A stretch of DNA of 59,826 nt from Bacilli bacterium. GTDB lineage: Bacteria > Bacillota_I > Bacilli_A > ML615J-28 > CAG-698. The translations under genes and the position numbers were made by a program. Every line of letters starts with the position of its first letter. Position 1 is the stretch's first letter. The stretch is taken from positions 1-59,826 of the forward strand of contig JAZNJG010000197.1 of assembly GCA_045577945.1 (NCBI GenBank). Direction: 5' to 3'. Of this stretch, positions 23,925 through 32,556 are shown one piece after another. Below the pieces are notes generated by a model, which was not told where the DNA came from, searched no databases, and was given only the letters and a program-made list of their open reading frames with translations.

Positions 23925-25156
23925 AATATCTAAGAGAATTATTTTCACAGAATCAAGCATTAGCTGCAATATATAGTGGTGGTATTGTTGCGACTTTAGT
24001 AGTGCATTCAAAAACAATATTCTACGCACTAAAGGATTATATATTAAATTTAATATCTTTTGATCTAACTAATGTTAGCCGTGATATCGGCTATTGTGAA
24101 GATTCTGAAGATAATTTCAGTATTTTTTTACAGAATCAAAAACCAATCTTTCAAAGAAAGTATGAAATAAAATCAAGCGGTAAGATTATTTCTGGCTTTG
24201 GAACACAGTGGTATTTTATTTTTGGTAAGCTATCATCTGTTCATCGTGAAATAGAAACATCTAATGGAACAATGTTATTAAAAACATATATGAGAGTTTA
24301 TTTCGCTAATAAAGAAAAATTTATTAATCGTTTAAAATCAATTATAATTAAATCATCTAATGTATATGAAAATAAAGTTAAAATAAATTTTCAGTGGTAT
24401 ACTAATAAAAGAGATAAGCGATATTTAAATACTATATATACAAATAATAATGAACAATATAGTGTTTTAGATGATATCAAAAGTTTTATTGAATCTCGTC
24501 GATTTTATACTGAAAATAATATTCCTTATAAAAGAAATTATTTGTTTTATGGAAAACCTGGTACTGGTAAAACATCATTAATTTTTGCATTAGCTAGTGA
24601 ATTGAATTATGATATTAAAATAATTGATCTAGGCTCATTTAGCGATTTAAATTCATTATTATATCAAATATATAATTGTTCTCCTAATACATTTTTAGTA
24701 TTTGAAGATATTGATGCTATGAATACTAAATTTGAAGAGAGAAAAGAGCATTGCTTAGAACCAGTTAAACCTGATAATAAGGATAATACTTTAGTAGAAC
24801 CAACATCAAATAATACAAAAGGTATATCACTATCTATATTACTAAATTTATTAGATGGTTTATATACAAAAGAAGGTATGATTTCGTTTTTTACAACAAA
24901 TCATATTGAAAATTTAGATTCAGCGTTTCTACGTGATGGTCGAATGGATTATAAATTAGAGATGGAAGATCTAAATTATAATAGTATATTAAGTATAGTT
25001 CATAATAAAATTAGTGATGATATTAAATTAAATATAGATAAAAATAGTAAAATCAACCCAGCAACCCTTCAAGAGATTATTATTCAGCGCATGCTAAGTA
25101 ATATTAGTGATGAAGAAATAGTTAAACGTATTGAAAATAATTCCTTTATAAATTAA
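23918..25156 (+). CDS. BCS1-like AAA+ ATPase with N-terminal membrane anchor
   Basis: Hydrophobic N-terminus LAAIYSGGIVATLVV, Walker A FYGKPGTGKTSLIFALA, Walker B LVFEDIDA, sensor FFTTNH, arginine finger region LRDGRMDYKLEM. Confidence 0.8.
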   Translation: MLEYLRELFSQNQALAAIYSGGIVATLVVHSKTIFYALKDYILNLISFDLTNVSRDIGYCEDSEDNFSIFLQNQKPIFQRKYEIKSSGKIISGFGTQWYFIFGKLSSVHREIETSNGTMLLKTYMRVYFANKEKFINRLKSIIIKSSNVYENKVKINFQWYTNKRDKRYLNTIYTNNNEQYSVLDDIKSFIESRRFYTENNIPYKRNYLFYGKPGTGKTSLIFALASELNYDIKIIDLGSFSDLNSLLYQIYNCSPNTFLVFEDIDAMNTKFEERKEHCLEPVKPDNKDNTLVEPTSNNTKGISLSILLNLLDGLYTKEGMISFFTTNHIENLDSAFLRDGRMDYKLEMEDLNYNSILSIVHNKISDDIKLNIDKNSKINPATLQEIIIQRMLSNISDEEIVKRIENNSFIN

Positions 25157-25185
25157 AATTTATTTGGATAAAAGGAGATATTAAG

Positions 25186-25422
25186 ATGACTGGATGGGCT
25201 GCGTTTTGGTATTGTTTATTTGGATATACTCTTATTAGATATATAATTGATAAACTAACATATAATAGGAATAAAGCTATTAAAGAATTAGCTAAAGAAC
25301 AATATACTCAAATTATTAAACTTGAAATTAAAAAATTAAAATTTAGTATGAAATCTAAATTTGATGAAGTTTATGATAGAGTTTGTGATCTTATTGATTT
25401 AATCTGTGATGAAAAGGAATAA
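25186..25422 (+). CDS. small membrane protein (N-terminal TMD plus charged helix)
   Basis: MTGWAAFWYCLFGYTLIRYII followed by a Lys/Glu-rich helix. Confidence 0.45.
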   Translation: MTGWAAFWYCLFGYTLIRYIIDKLTYNRNKAIKELAKEQYTQIIKLEIKKLKFSMKSKFDEVYDRVCDLIDLICDEKE

Positions 25423-25425
25423 AGA

Positions 25426-25635
25426 ATGAAAAAGATATTTTTAATATTAGCCGTAACATTTCTATATGGTTGTGCTAATATGTGTGGTGAATGTGAATAT
25501 ACTTCTTCACAACCAGTTGAGGTTGTATATCGTAAGACAACATACAAAACAGTATATGCTCCAAAGACATACAAATATGTAACATATGAGAGAAAACCTT
25601 ATAATAGATGTGAACAAGAAAAACTTTGTAGATAG
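25426..25635 (+). CDS. small lipoprotein
   Basis: Signal peptide and lipobox MKKIFLILAVTFLYGC. The mature part is Cys/Tyr-rich. Confidence 0.55.
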   Translation: MKKIFLILAVTFLYGCANMCGECEYTSSQPVEVVYRKTTYKTVYAPKTYKYVTYERKPYNRCEQEKLCR

Positions 25636-25646
25636 GAATAAAATAT

Positions 25647-27062
25647 ATGAGTGATTTTATAGATATTCAACTGATGATTGAAGAAGAAAGAAAAAGACAG
25701 GAAAATGAAATCTGTTTAATTGCTTCGGAAAATTATATGTCAGAATGTGTAATGGATGCTTGTGGCACAATTTTTATCAACAAATATGCAGAAGGTTATC
25801 CTAATCGAAGATATTATGGTGGTTGCTCTGTTGTTGATAAATTAGAAGATAAAGCCAATGAATTGGCAAGAAGATTATTTAAATGTAAATGGTCAAATGT
25901 TCAACCAAATAGTGGTTGTCAAGCAAACCAAGCAGTATATATGGCATTGTTAAATCCAAATGATACAATTTTAGGTATGGGAATTAATGAAGGTGGTCAT
26001 ATTTCACACACATTACCTATTGGATTTGCAGGAACATTTTATAATAGTGTTTCATATGGTTTAGATAAAAATGGTTATTTAAACTATGATGAAATTAAAG
26101 AAAAATTATATCATTATCATCCAAGATTATTAATTGTTGGTGCAAGTGCTTATTCAAGAATTATTGATTTTGAAAGAATTAGAAGTATTGTTGATGAATA
26201 CAATAATAGAGAATCAGAAACTATTTGTGAAAAATGTAGAAATGAAAAAGATTATCCAAATGGTAAATGTGAAGATTGTGAAATAATATCAGATAGTAAT
26301 TTTGAATCAAATAGATGTTTAATTATGGTTGATATGGCTCATATTGCTGGTTTAGTTGCAACTGGATTACATCCATCACCATTACCATATGCTGATGTTG
26401 TTACTTCAACTGTTCAAAAAACATTAAGAAGTGGTAGAGGTGGTTTAATTCTTTCAAATAATGAAGAATTGGGGAAACAAATTGATAAAGCAATATTCCC
26501 AAGATTACAAGGTGGTCCATTGATGAATATGATTGCTGGTAAAGCAATTGGATTTGAAGAAGCATTACAACCATCTTTTAAACAATATCAGACACAAGTT
26601 TTAGCAAATGTTAAAGCTATGGAAAAAGTGTTTAAAGAAAGAGGTGTTAAAATGGTTTCTGGTGGTTCAGATAATCATTTAATTCTTCTTGATTTAAGAG
26701 ATAAAAACATTTCTGGCCAACAGTTAGAAAATGCTTTATCAGAAATTGGTATTGTTGTTAATAAAAATGCAGTTAAAGATGACCCAAGACCAAAATCAGA
26801 AACATCTGGCGTTAGAATTGGAACTCCTGCAATAACAACAAGAGGTGCAAGAGAAAAAGATTGTGCTTTTATTGCCCATCAAATTTGTCATATGATTGAT
26901 ATTCTAACTGGTGAATATGATTACGATGGTATTTCATTATATAAAGCAATATTCGAAAAACAATTGGAAAGAGAATTGACTGATAGAGAAGTTGCTATTG
27001 AATTGATGAAAGAAAATACAGAAAATTTCTGTCAACATCATCCAATTTATCCAAATATATAA
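25647..27062 (+). CDS. glyA: serine hydroxymethyltransferase with a ~37-aa 4-Cys insertion
   Basis: LIASENY, NKYAEGYPNRRYYGGC, MVDMAHIAGL, PLP-lysine segment TSTVQKTLRSGRGG. The insertion ICEKCRNEKDYPNGKCEDCE lies between IVDEY and CLIMVDMAH. Confidence 0.9.
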   Translation: MSDFIDIQLMIEEERKRQENEICLIASENYMSECVMDACGTIFINKYAEGYPNRRYYGGCSVVDKLEDKANELARRLFKCKWSNVQPNSGCQANQAVYMALLNPNDTILGMGINEGGHISHTLPIGFAGTFYNSVSYGLDKNGYLNYDEIKEKLYHYHPRLLIVGASAYSRIIDFERIRSIVDEYNNRESETICEKCRNEKDYPNGKCEDCEIISDSNFESNRCLIMVDMAHIAGLVATGLHPSPLPYADVVTSTVQKTLRSGRGGLILSNNEELGKQIDKAIFPRLQGGPLMNMIAGKAIGFEEALQPSFKQYQTQVLANVKAMEKVFKERGVKMVSGGSDNHLILLDLRDKNISGQQLENALSEIGIVVNKNAVKDDPRPKSETSGVRIGTPAITTRGAREKDCAFIAHQICHMIDILTGEYDYDGISLYKAIFEKQLERELTDREVAIELMKENTENFCQHHPIYPNI

Positions 27063-27087
27063 TCATACTGTAAAAATAATAATTAAG

Positions 27088-27120
27088 AAAGGCTTATATT
27101 TTTATAAGCCTTTTTGTTTT
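27088..27120 (+). terminator. intrinsic terminator after glyA
   Basis: aaaggcttata-tttt-tataagccttt followed by ttgttttt. Confidence 0.7.
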
Positions 27121-27191
27121 TGATAAATAATTATATACGATTTTTCGTATGTTTAATTGCAATTAAATATATAAAATTAGAGGAATAATAA

Positions 27192-27992
27192 ATGTATCAA
27201 GATATAGATCCTAATATTTTAGAGGCTGTAAATCTTGTCGAGAATGAATATCAAGAATTTTTTAAGAAAAAATTAGAAGAATATGGTGTTGAATCACCTA
27301 ATGAACTCGGCTATGATAAAGCTCAAGAATTTTTTAACGATATTAAAAAGAGTTGGAAAGGTACTAACGAATCAGAAGAATGTGATTGTTCTGAGAAAGA
27401 AGAGATATATGAAGGTATTGAAGATGTATATGCTGCAACATACAATCAATTAATCAATCCTAATACATTAGGTGTTGGTGATGTTGTATCTTTTCCTTAT
27501 TCTGGATATAATACTGAATTTAAAATTGAATTAATTGTTAATCCAATGTGTTTTGGTATGCCAACAATTTATCATATGAAAGCATTAAATGGTCCTTGTG
27601 AAGGTCAAGAATTATCTTTTGAAGAGGGTTATGTATTAAAATCAATGCAAGAATCTGAAGAAGAAAATGAAGATGAATTAATGAATCGTGTTGTTGAAGC
27701 TTTAGAGGATAATGAAAATTTTGAATCTGAAGAAGAAAATGATGAAGATCACGAAGATCATGATGACGAAGAAGAAATTGAGATTGATGAAGAAAATTTA
27801 CGCGAATCAACAGATTTTGATGTAACTAAAGAAGATGATAAAAAACTAGAAGACATTTTAAAAATCTTTTTAAAAGCTAAAGCTATGGATGGTGAAGATT
27901 ATGAAATTGTTTCTAAGGGTAGTAAATTAATCTTAAAAATCTATAACAAAAAGTATGTTAAAGATGTTGAGAAGCTATTAAAAGGAGAATAA
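27192..27992 (+). CDS. highly acidic protein
   Basis: Central run EEENEDELM...EEENDEDHEDHDDEEEIEIDEE. AGAGGA RBS. The near-late motif GATAAATAATTATATA lies at 27122. Confidence 0.5.
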   Translation: MYQDIDPNILEAVNLVENEYQEFFKKKLEEYGVESPNELGYDKAQEFFNDIKKSWKGTNESEECDCSEKEEIYEGIEDVYAATYNQLINPNTLGVGDVVSFPYSGYNTEFKIELIVNPMCFGMPTIYHMKALNGPCEGQELSFEEGYVLKSMQESEEENEDELMNRVVEALEDNENFESEEENDEDHEDHDDEEEIEIDEENLRESTDFDVTKEDDKKLEDILKIFLKAKAMDGEDYEIVSKGSKLILKIYNKKYVKDVEKLLKGE

Positions 27993-27994
27993 AA

Positions 27995-28294
27995 ATGGCA
28001 TTATGGAGTATTAAAGATAAACCATCATGGTTAACTGAAGAGCAAAAGAAAAATTGTATAGCTACTAGCCGTGGTTGGGTATTAAAAAATAAAAACGGAA
28101 CTGAAGAATTACTAGTAGCTATTCGTGGTTTAGATGTTGAAGTTCAAAAGGAATCTGTTAAAAAAGAACAACCTGAAATTCAAGAAGCATCGAAAAATAA
28201 ATCTAAAAATAATAAAAAGAATATAGTTGCTAAAGAAGAAGAGAAAGATGTGATTGCTGATCCTGTAATTTTAGAGGGTGAAGGTAGCAAATAA
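27995..28294 (+). CDS. hypothetical protein with the AT-x-RGWV...ELL..IR-x-LD motif
   Basis: LTEEQKKNCIATSRGWVLKNKNGTEELLVAIRGLD is paralogous to the N-terminus of 20657..21283. Confidence 0.45.
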   Translation: MALWSIKDKPSWLTEEQKKNCIATSRGWVLKNKNGTEELLVAIRGLDVEVQKESVKKEQPEIQEASKNKSKNNKKNIVAKEEEKDVIADPVILEGEGSK

Positions 28295-28313
28295 AAAATA
28301 ATACTTAATAGTT

Positions 28314-28356
28314 AAAAAAAGAATCGTTTTCTAAAATTAGAAAACGATTCTTTTTT
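28314..28356. terminator. bidirectional-looking intrinsic terminator
   Basis: A-run, gaatcgttttcta-aaat-tagaaaacgattc, T-run. Confidence 0.75.
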
Positions 28357-28359
28357 ATA

Positions 28360-28367
28360 TATAAATA
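28360..28367 (+). promoter_or_regulatory. TATAAATA late-promoter box
   Basis: Directly after the terminator and 35 nt before ATG 28402. Confidence 0.4.
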
Positions 28368-28401
28368 CTTAAAAATTGATGTTGTTTAGGTGGAGAAATA
28401 T

Positions 28402-28788
28402 ATGTTTTTAAATAACTCTAATTGGTTAGATTATGCTCTTAGCAATTATGATACAAATTTGAATTTAAAATGTGAAATATATGATGATCTAAAAATTATT
28501 AGTAATATTAAAAAATCAATTAATTTATACAATAATGGTGATATTAATCAAGTAAGAACATTTATAAATGGTATTATTATATTAGTTAACGTGTTTGGTG
28601 TTCCTTGTACTTTTAATTTATTAATGTATAAATTAGATAAAGAGTATCATAGCATAGTAAAGACATGTTTTTATTATTTACATTATATCGATTCAAAATT
28701 AAATAATATAGAAATTGTTGTAGAAGAAAATATCGAAGATGTAGAAATTAATAAAACATTATTGCAACAACTATATACTATATTATAA
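28402..28788 (+). CDS. hypothetical protein
   Basis: GGTGGAG RBS before ATG 28402 (the ORF track starts at GTG 28390). Confidence 0.45.
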   Translation: MFLNNSNWLDYALSNYDTNLNLKCEIYDDLKIISNIKKSINLYNNGDINQVRTFINGIIILVNVFGVPCTFNLLMYKLDKEYHSIVKTCFYYLHYIDSKLNNIEIVVEENIEDVEINKTLLQQLYTIL

Positions 28789-28791
28789 ATA
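28784..28791 (+). promoter_or_regulatory. late promoter, extended form TATAAATAATTATATAAT
   Basis: Extended motif shared with 48654, 54490 and 56461; 41 nt before ATG 28832. Confidence 0.55.
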
Positions 28792-28831
28792 ATTATATAA
28801 TAATTATAAAAACTATAGTTGATCTCAAAAC

Positions 28832-29449
28832 ATGTCAGTTGTAAACGATTTAATTACATTTAGAATTATAAAAATATTAACAACACCTTGGAAAAAGCAA
28901 GATGCTTTTAAGTATGGCTTAATTGATGAGAAAGGTGTTCGCACAGAAAAACAAGCAGAAAATCGTGAAGAGAAAAACTCAATAGATTCTCTTCATAAAA
29001 TGGTTTTTAATCTTAAAAGGTTAATTGATAAGGTTCCTTTTATTAATAATCAACTAGCTTCATATGCAGCTGCATCTATACTACTATTAAAAGAAGAATA
29101 TAACTTAACAGAAGAGAATATACAAATGATTAAAGAAGAAGCGGGTTTAATAGGATCAGATAACACTGGTGTTTTAGCATCTGGAGAAAATACTGTTCAA
29201 AAAATTGAACCAGATGATATATTTAACGGATATGCAGTGTTTGATGTTTCAGCTGATGTCTACCATCGCAATTTAAGTACAAAACCATTATTTAAAAGAT
29301 GGAAAAAAGTATTATCAATTGAAGAAGATGGAAGTGATTATGAAAATAATAAAAGGGTGAAAGAATATGCCTATCAAAACCCCTCAGCTGGTATTATTTT
29401 AAGAAAAGAAGGTACAACTAATATGCGTGTTGTACGTGAATGTAAATAA
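28832..29449 (+). CDS. hypothetical late protein
   Basis: 205-aa ORF behind an extended late-promoter motif. No motif recognised. Confidence 0.5.
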   Translation: MSVVNDLITFRIIKILTTPWKKQDAFKYGLIDEKGVRTEKQAENREEKNSIDSLHKMVFNLKRLIDKVPFINNQLASYAAASILLLKEEYNLTEENIQMIKEEAGLIGSDNTGVLASGENTVQKIEPDDIFNGYAVFDVSADVYHRNLSTKPLFKRWKKVLSIEEDGSDYENNKRVKEYAYQNPSAGIILRKEGTTNMRVVRECK

Positions 29450-29476
29450 AAACTATTGAAATAAATCACAACATTT

Positions 29477-29515
29477 AATAAAATTCCTTATACACTATAT
29501 ATAAGGAATTTTATT
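29477..29515 (+). terminator. 16-bp stem hairpin abutting the primase start
   Basis: aataaaattccttata-cactata-tataaggaattttatt. The 3' arm contains AAGGA (29503-29507), and the TTG start at 29516 follows the stem. Confidence 0.6.
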
Positions 29516-30529
29516 TTGTTTATTGAAGAAAATTTTATTGAACGATTTTGCTCTAAATTTGGTCAGTATAAAAAAATTAAACCAGGTTTATATAATATTC
29601 GCTGTTTTATATGCGGTGATAGTAGAAAATCTAAGCATAAAAAAAGAGGGTATATATATCAACGAAATGGTAAATATTTTTATATGTGTCATAATTGTGG
29701 TTATTCAACTACATTTGCAAATTTACTAAAAAATTCAGACGAGAAATTATATAAGGATTATATATTTGAAAAATATAAACAGGCAAATATCACTACAAAT
29801 TATACAACTGAACAAATTCATAAAAAAATATATAGAGATGATACAATTACACTTGATGATATTGCAACTAAAATAATAAATTTACCTCATAATCATATAG
29901 CTAGAAATTATTTAGAAAAGCGAATGATACCTGAAATATGGTTATATCGTATGTATTTTGTTGATGATATTAATAAAATAAAATTATTATTCACTAACTA
30001 TAAAGATACTAAATTAAATAATGAACCAAGAATTATTATACCGATGTATACTGAGAATAATAAATTATATGGTGTAATGGCACGATCACTTGATCCAAAA
30101 TGTAAATTAAGATATATAACACTAAAATGTGAAGAAAGAGAATCAATATTTAATCTTAATAATGTTAATCGCGATAAAGATATATATGTTGTAGAGGGTG
30201 CATTTGACTCAACTTTTTTACCAAATAGTGTTGCAGTAGCATCTTCAAATCTTAAATCAATTGAAAATATATTACCAAAGGAAAAGTGTATTTTAATATT
30301 TGATTCACAACCACGTAATCGTGAAATTGTGAAAACTATAGAAAATGCAATTAATTTAAATTATCGAGTTTGTTTATTACCACCTTATAAAGATGGTATT
30401 AAAGATATTAATGAATGGGTTATATCAAACCCTAATAATGATATTAAAGAGCTTATTAGCCTTATTAATAAAAATATATATCAAGGCCTTAAAGCAAAAA
30501 TAAAATTTACCGAATGGAGAAAAATATAA
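29516..30529 (+). CDS. gp61: DNA primase (gp61-like, zinc finger plus TOPRIM)
   Basis: RCFICGDSRKSKHKKRGYIY parallels T4 gp61 RCPVCGDSKTDQNKARGW. TOPRIM-like VVEGAFDS and IFDSQPRN. There is no ATG upstream of the zinc finger, so a TTG start is inferred. Confidence 0.78.
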   Translation: MFIEENFIERFCSKFGQYKKIKPGLYNIRCFICGDSRKSKHKKRGYIYQRNGKYFYMCHNCGYSTTFANLLKNSDEKLYKDYIFEKYKQANITTNYTTEQIHKKIYRDDTITLDDIATKIINLPHNHIARNYLEKRMIPEIWLYRMYFVDDINKIKLLFTNYKDTKLNNEPRIIIPMYTENNKLYGVMARSLDPKCKLRYITLKCEERESIFNLNNVNRDKDIYVVEGAFDSTFLPNSVAVASSNLKSIENILPKEKCILIFDSQPRNREIVKTIENAINLNYRVCLLPPYKDGIKDINEWVISNPNNDIKELISLINKNIYQGLKAKIKFTEWRKI

Positions 30530-30553
30530 AATACTATAAAATTTATTAACTTT

Positions 30554-30561
30554 TATAAATA
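30554..30561 (+). promoter_or_regulatory. TATAAATA late-promoter box
   Basis: TATAAATAATTTATAT, 42 nt before ATG 30603. Confidence 0.35.
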
Positions 30562-30602
30562 ATTTATATTTGGGTTAATTTTTAATTTATAGTTATAAAA
30601 AG

Positions 30603-30785
30603 ATGAAAGAACAAAATAAAATTAAATGTATTGAATGTGAAGTTGAATTTGAAGTTTTAACTGATAATAATTTAGAACCAATCTATTGCCCATTCTGTGG
30701 TGAAGAAATTTTAACAACAGATATGAATGATGATGATTTTGATAAAGAATTAGAAGATATTTTATTTGAAGAGTTAGAGTTATAG
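30603..30785 (+). CDS. small zinc-ribbon protein with acidic tail
   Basis: CIEC...CPFC, then DDDFDKELEDILFEELEL. Confidence 0.45.
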   Translation: MKEQNKIKCIECEVEFEVLTDNNLEPIYCPFCGEEILTTDMNDDDFDKELEDILFEELEL

Positions 30786-30810
30786 CTTTCATAAATACTT
30801 TTATGAAAGC
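30785..30810 (+). other. 11-bp hairpin between genes
   Basis: gctttcataaa-tact-tttatgaaagc, followed directly by the GAGG RBS of 30819. Confidence 0.5.
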
Positions 30811-30818
30811 GAGGTTTA

Positions 30819-31376
30819 ATGATTATTGCAGGTTGTGATTATAGTATGGCTTGTCCAGCTATATGTATTTTCGACACACAAAAAGAATTTAATTCAAAAA
30901 ATTGTTATTTTTTTTACCTTATAGATAAAAAAAAGTGGAATCAAGATTTTGATAATGTATTCGGTTGTCTAGTGCAACCATATAACTGCCCAGAAGAAAG
31001 ATATTATAATAATATGCAATGGGCGATGTCAATATTAAAAAGATTTAAAGTTAACGTTGTGTCCTTAGAGGCATTTTCATACGGATCAACTGGTAGTTCT
31101 GTTTTTCAAACTGCTGAAAATGCAGGTGTATTTAAAAGTCAATTATGGCTTAATAATATAGATATATTTTATTCACCACCTTCTAATAATAAAAAAATAT
31201 GGTCAGGTAAAGGTAATGCAAATAAAGAGTTAATGGTCCAAACATTTCTTGACCGTGAAGGAACTTATCTGTATGATCTTATGGGTATTAAGAAATTAGA
31301 TGAAAAACCGTTTCAAGATATGGTTGATTCATACGCTTTAGTATATACATATTTAGAAAGTATAAAAAATAGTTAG
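30819..31376 (+). CDS. RuvC-fold Holliday-junction resolvase-like protein
   Basis: Acidic residues at RuvC-like positions: IIAGCDYS, VSLEAFSY, QDMVDSYAL. Confidence 0.6.
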   Translation: MIIAGCDYSMACPAICIFDTQKEFNSKNCYFFYLIDKKKWNQDFDNVFGCLVQPYNCPEERYYNNMQWAMSILKRFKVNVVSLEAFSYGSTGSSVFQTAENAGVFKSQLWLNNIDIFYSPPSNNKKIWSGKGNANKELMVQTFLDREGTYLYDLMGIKKLDEKPFQDMVDSYALVYTYLESIKNS

Positions 31377-31438
31377 TAAACTATTTGAATATTATTTTCT
31401 AGTAATTTATATTATATGTATATTGTGAAAGGAAAGAT

Positions 31439-32317
31439 ATGATTGTAATTGACTTAAGCCAAACATTATATTCAACAATATTAGGTGTTAAATATGATGT
31501 TCAAACACCAGACCAACTAAGTATGGATATGTTTAGACATATTTGTTTATCAACTATACGTAATATTTTAACAAAATTTAAATATAAGTACGGACCTGAA
31601 GTTGTAATTGCATGTGACGGAAAGTATAACTGGAGGAAGAAAGAATTTGAACATTATAAAGCATCTCGACAAAAACAAAGAGCTGAATCAGGGTTAGATT
31701 GGTCTCTAATTTTTGATAAATTTGATACATTTAAAAAAGAATTAAAAGAAAACTTTCTACAGTATAAAGTTATTGAAGTTGAAGAAGCTGAAGCTGATGA
31801 TATTATATATGGTTGTGCAAAATATTGTGTTGAAAGAGAACAACCACTATGTATTGTATCTGGTGATAAAGATTTAGTTCAATTACAGCGATATAAAAAT
31901 ATAATTCAATATGACTCAGTTCGTAAACAGTTAAAAACTGTTGATAGCCCTGTTGATTTTCTTTATTTTCAAATATTTAAAGGTGATAACGCTGATGGTA
32001 TACCAAATGTTATGTCACCCGCAAACAGTTATGTGATTGGTAAGAGATGCACACCCTTAAGAGAAACTAAAATTAAAAGCTGGTTGGATAATATACTATT
32101 TGACAGTAATCCCAGACAAGTACTCGGTGATGAGATATATGAGAGATATCATCTCAATAAAAAACTAATTGATCTTAGTGAAATACCAACATATATTTTA
32201 GAAAAAATTAATAAACAAATAGATACACCTTTTAATGAGCGCGATAATAACATATTAATGAATTATTTTATTAATAATAGATTATCAAATTTAATTAAAA
32301 ATATACAAGACTTTTAA
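31439..32317 (+). CDS. rnh: T4-type RNase H / flap endonuclease (5'-3' exonuclease)
   Basis: Collinear with T4 rnh: VIDLSQT, IACDGK..WRK, EEAEADDII, VSGDKDLVQL, KGDNADGIPNV. Confidence 0.82.
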   Translation: MIVIDLSQTLYSTILGVKYDVQTPDQLSMDMFRHICLSTIRNILTKFKYKYGPEVVIACDGKYNWRKKEFEHYKASRQKQRAESGLDWSLIFDKFDTFKKELKENFLQYKVIEVEEAEADDIIYGCAKYCVEREQPLCIVSGDKDLVQLQRYKNIIQYDSVRKQLKTVDSPVDFLYFQIFKGDNADGIPNVMSPANSYVIGKRCTPLRETKIKSWLDNILFDSNPRQVLGDEIYERYHLNKKLIDLSEIPTYILEKINKQIDTPFNERDNNILMNYFINNRLSNLIKNIQDF

Positions 32318-32344
32318 AAATAATTATAAATGGAGAAAATATAC

Positions 32345-32554
32345 ATGAGCATAAATTTTAGTAAAAAATATGATGTTAGCAAGTCACCTGTTGATAATAA
32401 GTTTCGTATCTACGAATGGATGACATTATCTGATATTACACATGAAAATGAAAGAGATTGTTATAAAAAATGGGTGTGTATTGGAGTTGCTGACGATATT
32501 CGAGCATGTAAAGTAATTGCAGATAGCCGCGATAAATCAAATAAAAGTGAGTAA
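32345..32554 (+). CDS. hypothetical protein
   Basis: GGAG sits 8 nt before ATG 32345 (the ORF-track start 32330 lacks an RBS). Confidence 0.4.
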   Translation: MSINFSKKYDVSKSPVDNKFRIYEWMTLSDITHENERDCYKKWVCIGVADDIRACKVIADSRDKSNKSE

Positions 32555-32556
32555 AA

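Noticed and set aside
25186-25635. TMD protein plus lipoprotein pair considered as the spanin pair
   Set aside because: The periplasmic part of the TMD protein is only about 50 aa. The 53835/54175 pair, which has overlapped genes, a long coiled coil and sits next to the M15 peptidase, fits spanins far better. I keep this pair as part of the AAA+ membrane-trio finding.
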